Positions 31,273-39,695 of a DNA stretch of 64,000 nucleotides are shown one piece after another; the stretch's first letter is position 1, and each line of letters opens with the position of its first letter. The DNA is taken from the IMG/VR virus record IMGVR_UViG_3300031787_000096, positions 2,866 through 66,865 of that record; one strand, 5' to 3'. Made by a program: the position numbers and the translations under genes. The notes under the pieces were generated by a model. That model worked only from the letters and a program-made list of their open reading frames with translations. It searched no databases and had not been told where the DNA came from. This stretch comes from a virus.

Positions 31273-31971
31273 TCAGCGCTGCTCCAGGAGCTGGCCGAGT
31301 CGCTGGGACATCAGCTGCAACTGCTTCTGCTGCCGCTGGTGCAGGCCACCAGCGGTGTCTGGCCGCCCTTGGTCATAGAGCGCCAGCAGTAGCCCCTGGC
31401 TGCGCCCTGCACTGGTGCAACCCACAGGACAGACAAGGATCACGCCGTTGCTGCCGGCCGGCGAACGCACCGCCATCGGCAGAGCGGCGGATGCGTCGCT
31501 GGCGCACAGGCCCAGGGCGGCGTGGCCGAGGGCCTCCGCCATCTCCACACCCAGCAGCGGTTGCTGACCCGGCGTCAGCGCTAGTTGGCCATGGCGCCCG
31601 TCGGCTGCCAGCACGGTGACGCTGCCGCCGCCCTCCCACTGCAGCAGCGCCAGGGTGTGGAGACCATCACCACTGCTTTCGATCGCGCTGCGCAGCAGGA
31701 TTTGCACCTGCCCCTGATGCGCCCTCACCTGCTCCTGCAGGGTGGCGGCGGTGGTGGTGCTCATCCGTTTGGCCAGATCCGGCTGCAGGGTGATCAGCAG
31801 CCAGGCGGTGTAGAGCACCAGGCCCAGCAGCACGATGCGCGAGAGCCGGTAGAGCAGCTGCCAGGGATTGCGGGCATCGAGCACATCCCCCACAGCTTTC
31901 TGCAGGGCATCGCTGGTGGCGCGGGTGAACACCTCCACCCGCTCGGCCAGGCCCTTGTTGGTGTCGGGCAC
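31273..31971 (-). CDS. single-TM membrane protein with GAF-like C-terminal region
   Basis: TM segment IVLLGLVLYTAWLLI; ILVCPV...GLLLALY. Confidence 0.6.
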   Translation of the reverse strand: MPDTNKGLAERVEVFTRATSDALQKAVGDVLDARNPWQLLYRLSRIVLLGLVLYTAWLLITLQPDLAKRMSTTTAATLQEQVRAHQGQVQILLRSAIESSGDGLHTLALLQWEGGGSVTVLAADGRHGQLALTPGQQPLLGVEMAEALGHAALGLCASDASAALPMAVRSPAGSNGVILVCPVGCTSAGRSQGLLLALYDQGRPDTAGGLHQRQQKQLQLMSQRLGQLLEQR

Positions 31972-31976
31972 GGCGA

Positions 31977-32753
31977 TCAGGCGGAGAGTTCGTAGACCTG
32001 GCCGCTGAGGCGGTCCAGGTAGAAGTCCCCTACCGCGGGAGCAGGCTGCAGGGTGGATGGCGGCGGGCCGTCACCGGAGTACCAGCGGGTGGCGCGGCTG
32101 CCGACACCCGATTCCTGCACCACCGCCAGGGCGGGTTCGCCGCTGCTCGGGTCGGGCATGAAACCCAGGCCGCCATTCGGGTGAAGCCGCAGGCGCCAGA
32201 CCACGGCATGGCGGCCGTCGTAGGGCTCGCCGCTGATGCCGCCGCTGGGGATCAGCGGCTGGATCACACCACCGGTGCCGCCGCCGCCGTCGCGGTTGTT
32301 CAGCAGCTGCTGGGGCGGCACCGGGCACCCCACCAGGGCAACGCGGAGGGTGGCGATCAGCATCCCCAGCTGCACCTGCACGGTCACATCGGCCCGCTGG
32401 GCGTAGACGTGCCGCAGCCGAGGCGCCTGCCTGGAGACGGCAGGCCAGGGGACGACGTTGCTGCTGCCATCACCCCAGGTCACCGAGATCGGTGAGGGGA
32501 TGGTCTGCCTTGGGTTGATCAGCAGCTCGATGGCGGCTGAGCCGATCGGCTCATTCCAGCGGCTGTCGGCCGGCAGCCAGAAGAGTTCGAGGTCATCGGC
32601 AGGGATGGGGCCCTTGCGGTAGCCCAGCTCGGCCCAGCGGCTGAACTCCATCGGCAGCACCCACTGCTCTACCCCTGGGCAGCCGACGGGTGGAAGCAGC
32701 CGTACCCGTTGACCGCCCACGGTGCTTGGTTGCTGGGGCAGGGGGTAGGGCAT
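31977..32753 (-). CDS. putative virion decoration protein (PKD-like domain)
   Basis: VTWGDGS...RHVY; C-terminal WYSGDGPP..GDFYLD..GQVYEL. Confidence 0.7.
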   Translation of the reverse strand: MPYPLPQQPSTVGGQRVRLLPPVGCPGVEQWVLPMEFSRWAELGYRKGPIPADDLELFWLPADSRWNEPIGSAAIELLINPRQTIPSPISVTWGDGSSNVVPWPAVSRQAPRLRHVYAQRADVTVQVQLGMLIATLRVALVGCPVPPQQLLNNRDGGGGTGGVIQPLIPSGGISGEPYDGRHAVVWRLRLHPNGGLGFMPDPSSGEPALAVVQESGVGSRATRWYSGDGPPPSTLQPAPAVGDFYLDRLSGQVYELSA

Positions 32754-32772
32754 GGCCAGCAGCTCGGGTGGT

Positions 32773-33270
32773 TCAGATCAGCGGGTCGTCAAAGAGGTCA
32801 TCCGGCAGGGCGGTCAACGACAGCTCACCGTCTGCAGTGGAGTCGTCACCTGGATTGGTGGTGGACTCTGCCGCCAGGTCAGCGGCTACCGGGGGCTCAG
32901 AGTCAGCCGCGTCCGCCTCAGCAGTCGTCCCGGTTGGCTCTGGCGTGGCCTCAATGGCTGCAGGGGGCTGCTCCTGCTCTTCCTTGCGGCGGCGTCCGCG
33001 CCGACCGCGGGTTGATGCAGGTTTTGCATCGTCCGGCTCCAGCAGCTGGCTCATATCTGCGGCGATGGGAGCCGGCGGCTCGGCTGCGGCGATCCCAGCC
33101 GATGACGCTCCGGCTGTGGCTTCAGCCCCAGCCACGCGCCAACCCAGCCCCAGCCAGCCGGGCAGGTGCACCGGCCAGACATAGCGCTCCTGGTTGCCCA
33201 GGCGGATGCGCAGCATCCCAGCGGGAAGCGGACCCTGAGCGGCCATTCCCGTCATCTGCGGTCCTGCCAT
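32773..33270 (-). CDS. hypothetical protein with acidic disordered tail
   Basis: Immediately downstream of the capsid genes. Confidence 0.65.
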   Translation of the reverse strand: MAGPQMTGMAAQGPLPAGMLRIRLGNQERYVWPVHLPGWLGLGWRVAGAEATAGASSAGIAAAEPPAPIAADMSQLLEPDDAKPASTRGRRGRRRKEEQEQPPAAIEATPEPTGTTAEADAADSEPPVAADLAAESTTNPGDDSTADGELSLTALPDDLFDDPLI

Positions 33271-33272
33271 GG

Positions 33273-33710
33273 TCAGGCCGGCAGGGTGGCGGTCAGGCCG
33301 ACGACCATCCCCTCCGGGGTCGAAGGGGTGACGACGGCCTTGGCGAAGCAGAGCGCCGGCAGGTCGGCGTTGTCTGCATCAGCGGCATCGAGCAGGATGT
33401 CGTGGCCGGAGATGTAGGCCTCCACCCGGCCGCCCTCTGCCGGCACAGCGACGGTGGCGACGGGGACAAAGGTGCCCATCGTTCCGTCACGCAGCTCAGG
33501 CGCCAGATGCAGCACCACCGTCACCGCAGCGCTATGGCCAGGGTGGGAGACCAGCAGCGAGAACTGCGATGCGGCGTCGAGCTTGGTGTTGAGCTTGACC
33601 ACCTCACCGCTGGTGAACACCTTCTCGGTGTCGCGGGTGGCGGAACGGTTGGTCCAGCCCACCAGCACCGTGGCGGCATCGAGGAGGGCGTTGGCTTTGA
33701 GGCGAGTCAT
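33273..33710 (-). CDS. putative capsid cement/decoration protein
   Basis: Beta-rich 145-aa ORF directly after the major capsid gene. Confidence 0.65.
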   Translation of the reverse strand: MTRLKANALLDAATVLVGWTNRSATRDTEKVFTSGEVVKLNTKLDAASQFSLLVSHPGHSAAVTVVLHLAPELRDGTMGTFVPVATVAVPAEGGRVEAYISGHDILLDAADADNADLPALCFAKAVVTPSTPEGMVVGLTATLPA

Positions 33711-33762
33711 CGGTCGATCTCCAGATCAGGGGGATGGTGTGCGGCTCAGGCAATGAGGGCGA

Positions 33763-34680
33763 TCAAGCGATCGGAGCAATGGAATGCAGGCGCCCAGCAG
33801 CGCGGGGGTGCATGACGCCAAAGCCCACGTACCAATCGATCCGGGTACGAAACACCGGGGCGTCGGGCACTTCGCCGAGGTCGCGGACGGAGATGCCGTA
33901 GCGGCCCTGGAACGGCCCCTGCAGGCCAGTCACCGCCTGATCCCCGAAGGTGCAGCAGTAGATCGAGCTGGTGCCTCCGGCTTCCCCGTAACCCAGCACC
34001 TCCAGGCCCTGGGCGTCACGGTCGACGGTGAGGATCTGGCACTCCTGGTAGTGATGCACCATCACGCCCAGGTTGTTGGTGGAGACGTTGTAGACGCCCT
34101 GGCCGACGGTCTGGCGGGCAAGGGCGTTGAGCTGGCGGCGCATCGCCTTGCTCATCACCAGATATTTCCTGCCGCCGTAGGAGTTCACCGAGTCGATCAG
34201 CTCATCGAGCTTGTCGAAATCAAGCGCCCCGCCACCGTTGTTCAGCGCCATCTCGCTGCCGGGGGCAAGGCGCTTGGCCAGGCCGTCAAAGCCCCGGCCC
34301 TGGCTGGCGGTGGCATCGCCGTTGATCAGCGCCGCCTCCAGGGTGAGGCGCATCGAGCGGACCTTCATCTCGGTCTGCGCAGCTCGGGCCTCAGGACCCT
34401 GCAGGTCGACGATCGAGCGGTCCACATCCACGTCTCCACCGAACAGGTGGACGGCTTCTGACTGGGGGTCCACGACGCCGTAGCTCTGCTTGTAGCCCTC
34501 GTTCACCGCCCGGAAGCCCACCGAGGGGAGCTCCTTCTCGACGGAATAGAAGAGGCCGCCGCCGGCGATGTTCATGAACGGCAGCCAGCTGAGCAGTTCG
34601 CCCTCAGCGAAGGTCTTGATCACCGCCAGGTGCTCCAGGCGGGTCTCGTACTTGGCTGCCTCGATCAGGGTGAGGCCCAT
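33763..34680 (-). CDS. major capsid protein (HK97-fold)
   Basis: LPSVGFRAVNEGY, GGDVDVDR, INGD...GFDGL, LDELID, RTRIDWYVG; follows the scaffold gene. Confidence 0.85.
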   Translation of the reverse strand: MGLTLIEAAKYETRLEHLAVIKTFAEGELLSWLPFMNIAGGGLFYSVEKELPSVGFRAVNEGYKQSYGVVDPQSEAVHLFGGDVDVDRSIVDLQGPEARAAQTEMKVRSMRLTLEAALINGDATASQGRGFDGLAKRLAPGSEMALNNGGGALDFDKLDELIDSVNSYGGRKYLVMSKAMRRQLNALARQTVGQGVYNVSTNNLGVMVHHYQECQILTVDRDAQGLEVLGYGEAGGTSSIYCCTFGDQAVTGLQGPFQGRYGISVRDLGEVPDAPVFRTRIDWYVGFGVMHPRAAGRLHSIAPIA

Positions 34681-34722
34681 CGGTGCTGCACTCCCGGGGT
34701 CCGGCCCCAGATCACGTCACCG

Positions 34723-34732
34723 GCTATTGCCA
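34723..34732 (-). promoter_or_regulatory. putative late promoter motif TGGCAATAGC
   Basis: Upstream of the major capsid start at 34680. Confidence 0.6.
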
Positions 34733-34778
34733 TGGGGAGTGAGCAGCGCGGCGGGGATGCAGCCACCAGCTCCTGAAC

Positions 34779-34930
34779 GGGCTCCGCTCCGGCCCTCCTC
34801 ATGGTCGGGGGGCGCGTCAAGGGTGATACGAGCCCGCCACTGGGACGTTGGCTGCGCTGCGCTCCGCGTCTCAGTTGTGGACGGGCCCTTGACCCGCCCC
34901 CCGCCGGCTGAGGGGTCCTACGCGGAGCCC
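34779..34930 (+). promoter_or_regulatory. long imperfect hairpin, CAAGG/CCTTG family copy E
   Basis: GTCAAGGG 34816-34823 pairs with CCCTTGAC 34886-34893; GGGGGGCG/CGCCCCCC; GGGCTCCGC/GCGGAGCCC; loop GCTGCGCTGCGCTCCGC. Confidence 0.85.
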
Positions 34931-34934
34931 TCCC

Positions 34935-35120
34935 ATGGCCCCTCTGTCCCGCAAAGCTCAGCTGCAGCAGTTCTCCTGGCAGGTGCTGGAAGATCTGGCT
35001 TTCTGCAGCGGGCGCTGGCCACGGCTGGCTGAGCTGGCCTCACAGGTGCTGTTCGAGCAGCAAGCAGCCGCCCCGGCGGTGCCGGTTGATCCAGAGCTGG
35101 AGGCACTGCTGCCCTTCTGA
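34935..35120 (+). CDS. small hypothetical protein downstream of hairpin E
   Basis: 61 aa ending DPELEALLPF. Confidence 0.6.
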   Translation: MAPLSRKAQLQQFSWQVLEDLAFCSGRWPRLAELASQVLFEQQAAAPAVPVDPELEALLPF

Positions 35121-35285
35121 GGGCCAGGGCCAGCAGCCGGCGGGGCTCCCCAGGGCCCTGCCTTTCTGCTGGTCGCGACCGCTGGGGGGGGGCGGGGGGA
35201 GACCTCAGCAGAGCCAGCGGACCTGGCAGCCCACCGATCCACCGGGAGCGGATCAAACGACCGAGCTGGCGGGGGTTCAGCACGC

Positions 35286-35466
35286 GCGGGGCCGGAAGGC
35301 CTCACGGTCGGCGAGGGGGAGAAGAGGGGCACCGCTGCCCCAGCCGTCTCGCCCTGGCAAGGATCGGGCCAGGCGCCTCTGCGAGGCGTCCTTGCCAGGT
35401 CGCTACAGCCGGGGCCTGACGCGGGTGTCCCTCGCCTCATTCGTGATGGCCTCCTTTTCTCCCCGC
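35286..35466 (+). promoter_or_regulatory. long imperfect hairpin, CAAGG/CCTTG family copy F
   Basis: CCTGGCAAGGA 35353-35363 pairs with TCCTTGCCAGG 35389-35399; GGCGAGGG/CCCTCGCC; TCACG/CGTGA; AGGCC/GGCCT. Confidence 0.85.
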
Positions 35467-35658
35467 TGCGAGATCCGCCAGCTGGCGGTGTTCGTCTATC
35501 CCGGCGGGATCAAGGCACCCGATGCTGAGCGCATCACGGTCTTCTATGGCCGGCGCGGCCGCCCCGTGAAGAAGCCCCGTTTCATTCCGGCGCAGCTGGC
35601 CCATCAGCTGGCCCGCAAGCTGCAGGCCAAGCGGCTCGGCACCGTGGCGGTGCTGTGA
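35446..35658 (+). CDS. small basic hypothetical protein downstream of hairpin F
   Basis: MASFSPRCEIRQLAVFVYPGG...; 70 aa. Confidence 0.65.
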   Translation: MASFSPRCEIRQLAVFVYPGGIKAPDAERITVFYGRRGRPVKKPRFIPAQLAHQLARKLQAKRLGTVAVL

Positions 35659-35897
35659 GCCGCCAGGGGCTGCGGCCCCTGCCCAGGCGGGCCTGCGGGC
35701 CCCCGGGGCTTTTCAGCTGACTCAACGAACCGACTGATTCCGCTGCCAGCTGCGCTCCAGCTCCGCCCGATAGCGCTCGATTCCCCAAGCGCTGCTACGC
35801 ATCTGACGGTTGATCAGCCGAGTCACCTTCCAGGCCTTGAGCCCCATGCCGACAGCGAAGACCAGCCAGGGCAGCAGGAGCCAGAGCGGATGGTCCA

Positions 35898-36191
35898 TCA
35901 GGCCGGCAGCGGCGTCCTCGCCCTTCTACAGCGCTGGCTCTGCTGGTGTTGGCGGACGGTCCACTGGTTGCCCTTGATCGCCACACCGCAGTGCTCGCAG
36001 ATCGTCACCGGCCGACTTCTGCACCACTGCTCGGGTCGCTCACCCACCAACTCGCGGCGGCTGGGGTCGATGCCCCGGCCCTGCTGGTAGCGAGTGAGGG
36101 CTGGTGCCGTGGTCACGAAGCCCGTCTCCAGACAACGAAACAGCAGAGACTGGCCCCGCAGGTTCTGGACGTTGAAGGTGGTGGCCGTCAT
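35898..36191 (-). CDS. small protein with C-terminal zinc finger
   Basis: CLETGFVT..ALTRYQQGRGID; CEHC...H..SQRC. Confidence 0.6.
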   Translation of the reverse strand: MTATTFNVQNLRGQSLLFRCLETGFVTTAPALTRYQQGRGIDPSRRELVGERPEQWCRSRPVTICEHCGVAIKGNQWTVRQHQQSQRCRRARTPLPA

Positions 36192-36568
36192 CAGCGCAGG
36201 GTCCGCTGCCACTACTGATGGTGGCACGGGCTCCCTATCTCCACCACCGGTGGCGGGTTATCAGGCGGCTGGCACGGGAGCCGATCGGGACAGCAGGGCC
36301 TGAGAAGGGGGATTTCCCAGAACCTGAAAAATTTCCGAGGCACCCTGCGCCGGTCCCGGAAACAGGGGGAATACCCCCCGAGCTTGCGTTTTTCTACGAG
36401 GAGCTGCGGCGCTCTCCAAGGAGTTGCAGGGAGCTGATTTTGAAACGCGAATTATGAGGAGAATTCGCGATTTTTTTCGCGTCAGTTTCTCCCCTTTTGA
36501 TGTGTTGATCGCTTGGCTGGCGGCGTTTTCCAGGCTCCGGGTGGTTGCAGGGTTGATCGGCTCGCGCG

Positions 36569-36955
36569 TCAGCGGCGGCGGGGTTGTTTGCTTGAGCGCT
36601 GGGCTGCTTGCTCCGCTGCATCCATCCGCCGCGCGACAGCCGTGGCCCAGCGGCGGCCGGGGTCACCACCCCAGCCATCCCAGGCCTGGCGACCCTTGCC
36701 GTAGATCTCCCAGCTGGAGCCCTGCTTGTCGACCTCGTGGCGAGCGAAGTAGCTGACCATTCGATCGATCGTCTGGGGTGAGAGCTGCTGACGGTTGAGC
36801 AGCTGCCGGGCCCGTGCCAGCCCCACCGGCGTCATGCCCCGGTTGGAAGGCGGCTGCTGGGCCCGGCGCTCCAGGGCACGGCGGGCGGCAGCGGCCACAG
36901 GGGCCGGCGGCCGGAACGAGAGTCCGGCGTAGAAGCTGCGGGGTCGCCGTGCCAT
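36569..36955 (-). CDS. phage head-associated hypothetical protein
   Basis: GMTPVGLARARQL, RMVSYFARHE, AWDGWGGD motifs typical of aquatic phage head regions. Confidence 0.75.
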   Translation of the reverse strand: MARRPRSFYAGLSFRPPAPVAAAARRALERRAQQPPSNRGMTPVGLARARQLLNRQQLSPQTIDRMVSYFARHEVDKQGSSWEIYGKGRQAWDGWGGDPGRRWATAVARRMDAAEQAAQRSSKQPRRR

Positions 36956-36971
36956 TGGGCTTCCAGCGGCC

Positions 36972-37868
36972 TCAGCGACGAGCCCCGCGGCCGTTCACTG
37001 CAAAGGACGCCCGGTAGAGCTCCGACGCCGACATGGCCTGGGGGTTGATCGGTTCGCCGTTGCTGCCGATCCCAGACACCGTCAGCCCACCGGCAGCCTG
37101 CATGCCGGCCGGGCCCCGCTGCTGGAACAGAAAGCCGTAGACGGGATGCACGCGCATCTGATCGAGGAACTCCGTGGTGGTCATCGGCCGGCCGTCATCG
37201 CCGAGCAGGGGCTTGCCCTGGGAGTCGAGCGGTTCGAGCACGTCCTTGCCGTCCCCGCCGGTGCTGAGACGGAAGCAGGTGCCGAGCTGCCCCTTGAAGA
37301 TGTCGAAGAACGTGCCCCTGGCATCCCCACCAGTGCGGCCCTCGGCCTGGGAGAAGGCTCGCTCCAGCAGGCGGTCCTTGCGGAGCTGGAGGATCTGCTG
37401 CTTGGCCTCGTCGCGTTCGGCGGCGACGGCGGCCACCTTCTGGGCGGAGGCCTCCTCCATCTGGCGTTCGCGCAGTTCCATCTGCTGCTCGAGGATCTGC
37501 TTCTGGCGTTCGGCCTCCTGCAGGCGGGCGTACTCCTCGGGGTTGATCTCGGAGAAGCGGTTCAGCTGCTGGCGCAGGGTGCGGATTTCTTTTTCGAGCT
37601 GGTTGCTCTTGCGCCGTTCGGCCCGCAGGGGCTCGGTGAGGCGGCTGTCGTCCGCAGGTGGAGCACCGGCCTCGGATTGAGCAGCGCCGGAGCTGTCGCC
37701 GCCGCTGGCAGCAGTGCCGCCCTGGCCGCCGGCGCCGTTGGAGTCGCCCGAGGGACCACCAGTGGTCGTGGTCTCACCGGGCTGGCCGGTGGCGGCGTAA
37801 TTCTCGTCAGCGCCCTGGCCGCTGGTGGCGGTGGTGCTGGAGGTGGAAGAAGCAGTGGCAGTGGCCAT
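36972..37868 (-). CDS. capsid scaffolding protein
   Basis: Disordered N-terminus, coiled coil, LFQQRG..G; lies between portal and capsid genes. Confidence 0.75.
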   Translation of the reverse strand: MATATASSTSSTTATSGQGADENYAATGQPGETTTTGGPSGDSNGAGGQGGTAASGGDSSGAAQSEAGAPPADDSRLTEPLRAERRKSNQLEKEIRTLRQQLNRFSEINPEEYARLQEAERQKQILEQQMELRERQMEEASAQKVAAVAAERDEAKQQILQLRKDRLLERAFSQAEGRTGGDARGTFFDIFKGQLGTCFRLSTGGDGKDVLEPLDSQGKPLLGDDGRPMTTTEFLDQMRVHPVYGFLFQQRGPAGMQAAGGLTVSGIGSNGEPINPQAMSASELYRASFAVNGRGARR

Positions 37869-37919
37869 GACCCATCGCGGCTGTCGTGGAGGAGCACCCC
37901 GTCCGGGCTGTGCTCCTCA

Positions 37920-37929
37920 GCTATTGCCA
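37920..37929 (-). promoter_or_regulatory. putative late promoter motif TGGCAATAGC
   Basis: Upstream of the scaffold start at 37868. Confidence 0.6.
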
Positions 37930-38171
37930 GCCATCGATCTGTGAGGAGAACGCAGTGGAGCACAGCCGAAGGAGCCCGAGCTGCCTACGGTCAACCGCAG
38001 ATGCCTGCCCCCCGTGAAGCGCCTGCTCTCGATTGCGTTACTCGCCGCAGCGGTGTTGGGAGGCAGCGGTGCCATGGCCTGTGAGAAGCACCTGAACGGC
38101 CACCAGAACAGCAGCGACACCAACACCGAAGGCGCCAAGAAGTAGGGCCTCTTTCGTTCTGAGCAGTTGAG

Positions 38172-39071
38172 TCAGCCCCGCGACAGTTCCAGCTGCCGCG
38201 CCAGCCACAGCTCCACGTCCTCGTAGGTGTAGCGAACGAGGTTGCCCAGCTTCACGAAGGGTGGGCCGTAGCCGCTGGAGTTCCAGCTGTAGATGGTGGA
38301 GAGCGACACCCCCAGGTAGGTGGCCAGAGTTTCCGGTGTGTAGAAGCCAGCCGGCAGGCTGGTGGTGCTGGTGTCGGCGTTGGCGGCGGCGCGGCGCTTG
38401 GGCAGGAACAGCCAGCTCCCCAGCGGCAGTTGATCCGATGGCCGAGCAGTGATGGTGGGGTTGAGGCCTCGCAGAGTGGTCACGGTGGTGCCGTGGCGCT
38501 CGGCCAGAACGTTGAGGCTGTCGCCGGTGCCCACCACCGCGACGCGGTTGGGCTTGAGCGCGGCCTGGATCCGTTCGCCCAGCAGGGGCTGGGTCAAGGA
38601 GCCGATGCCACCGGCGCCGTAGAGACCACCGAACTCAGTCACCGAGAAGGCCGCCAACTGGCCCCGGCTGGGGGAGGGAAGCAGACCTGGGGTGCGCAGC
38701 TCCGTGAGCGGACCCAACCAGACGGCACCGAAGCAGGGGGTAAGCAGTGCCGGTGTGGTGGCTGACACGGGCCGGATGCCGCTGGTGCTCCAGGCGATGT
38801 CCGTGGCCAACCAGTCCCAGGGTTGGGACGGTGTCAGTGGCAGCACCGCCCCACGGGTGAGGTAGCCCTCGTAGGTGAAGTCCCCCGTATCGAGCCCCGG
38901 GGCGTTCTCCTTGCTGGAGATCCCCCGCAGGCGCTTGAGGAACCCCTCGAACAGGAACCTTCCCGTGCGCTCGGAATCGAGCACGCCCGGTAGTTGGTTG
39001 GAGAACAGCAGGATGCGGGCGTTGGCGTAGGGCTGCAGCGCAGAAGGCGGCAGCACAGGGGTGCTGCTCAC
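38172..39071 (-). CDS. fusion of a phage structural-like domain, LysM and an AlpA/Xis-type HTH
   Basis: GDSLNVLAERHGTTVTTLRGLNP...LPLGSWLFLP (LysM); YTPETLATYLGVSLSTIYSW..GYGPPFVKLGNLVRY (HTH_17). Confidence 0.8.
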   Translation of the reverse strand: MSSTPVLPPSALQPYANARILLFSNQLPGVLDSERTGRFLFEGFLKRLRGISSKENAPGLDTGDFTYEGYLTRGAVLPLTPSQPWDWLATDIAWSTSGIRPVSATTPALLTPCFGAVWLGPLTELRTPGLLPSPSRGQLAAFSVTEFGGLYGAGGIGSLTQPLLGERIQAALKPNRVAVVGTGDSLNVLAERHGTTVTTLRGLNPTITARPSDQLPLGSWLFLPKRRAAANADTSTTSLPAGFYTPETLATYLGVSLSTIYSWNSSGYGPPFVKLGNLVRYTYEDVELWLARQLELSRG

Positions 39072-39074
39072 GGC

Positions 39075-39602
39075 TCAGCCCCGCTCCAGCGCTGCGGTGA
39101 AGCCGCCGCCGCTGCCGCTCAACTGAGGGTCGCGGCTCCAGTTCGCCAGGGTGGGGAGCATCAGCAGCAGGGCCTGGGCATGGCTTCCCCGTTGGCGGCG
39201 GAGAGCGGCCTCGATCGAAAGCCCCTCGCCGTAGCGGGTGATGGTCTCCTCCCGCAGCAGCTCGGTGTCGTACTCGATCACATCCGCCTTCTTGACCGGC
39301 AGGGTGCCGTCCTCCGGCAAAGCGTCGGGGCCAACGGCCTTCCTCCGGGTTTCGATCGGGGCCTGCAGCTGCTCGGGAGCCAGCCCCGCCAGCTCGGTGT
39401 CGATGGCGGCGATGGCATCCAGCTCGCGCCTGGCGGTTGGGATGGCATCGGGGTAGAGCTGCTCGAGATCCGCCATGGCGTCGTTGATGGCGCGGACCGC
39501 CGGCAGGCGGGCCGGGATCGACAGGGCAACCCGGATGCCCTCCAGGTCAGCAGCCCGCCAGCGGTGGGGCGAGTCTTGAGGCGTAGGAATGATGGTGGTC
39601 AT
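39075..39602 (-). CDS. putative head completion/adaptor protein
   Basis: IRVALSIP...VKKADVIEYD; position after the portal; ATG at 39602. Confidence 0.6.
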   Translation of the reverse strand: MTTIIPTPQDSPHRWRAADLEGIRVALSIPARLPAVRAINDAMADLEQLYPDAIPTARRELDAIAAIDTELAGLAPEQLQAPIETRRKAVGPDALPEDGTLPVKKADVIEYDTELLREETITRYGEGLSIEAALRRQRGSHAQALLLMLPTLANWSRDPQLSGSGGGFTAALERG

Positions 39603-39606
39603 GCCT

Positions 39607-39616
39607 GCTGTTGCCA
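39607..39616 (-). promoter_or_regulatory. putative late promoter motif TGGCAACAGC
   Basis: Immediately upstream of ATG 39602, implying a near-leaderless transcript. Confidence 0.45.
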
Positions 39617-39695
39617 GCAGCCGATCCCTCTGCTGGCCAGCAGTGCCAAGAGGCCTGCCTGACCGCGCCAAGATGGTGAGCCCTGCGCCTGGGCC

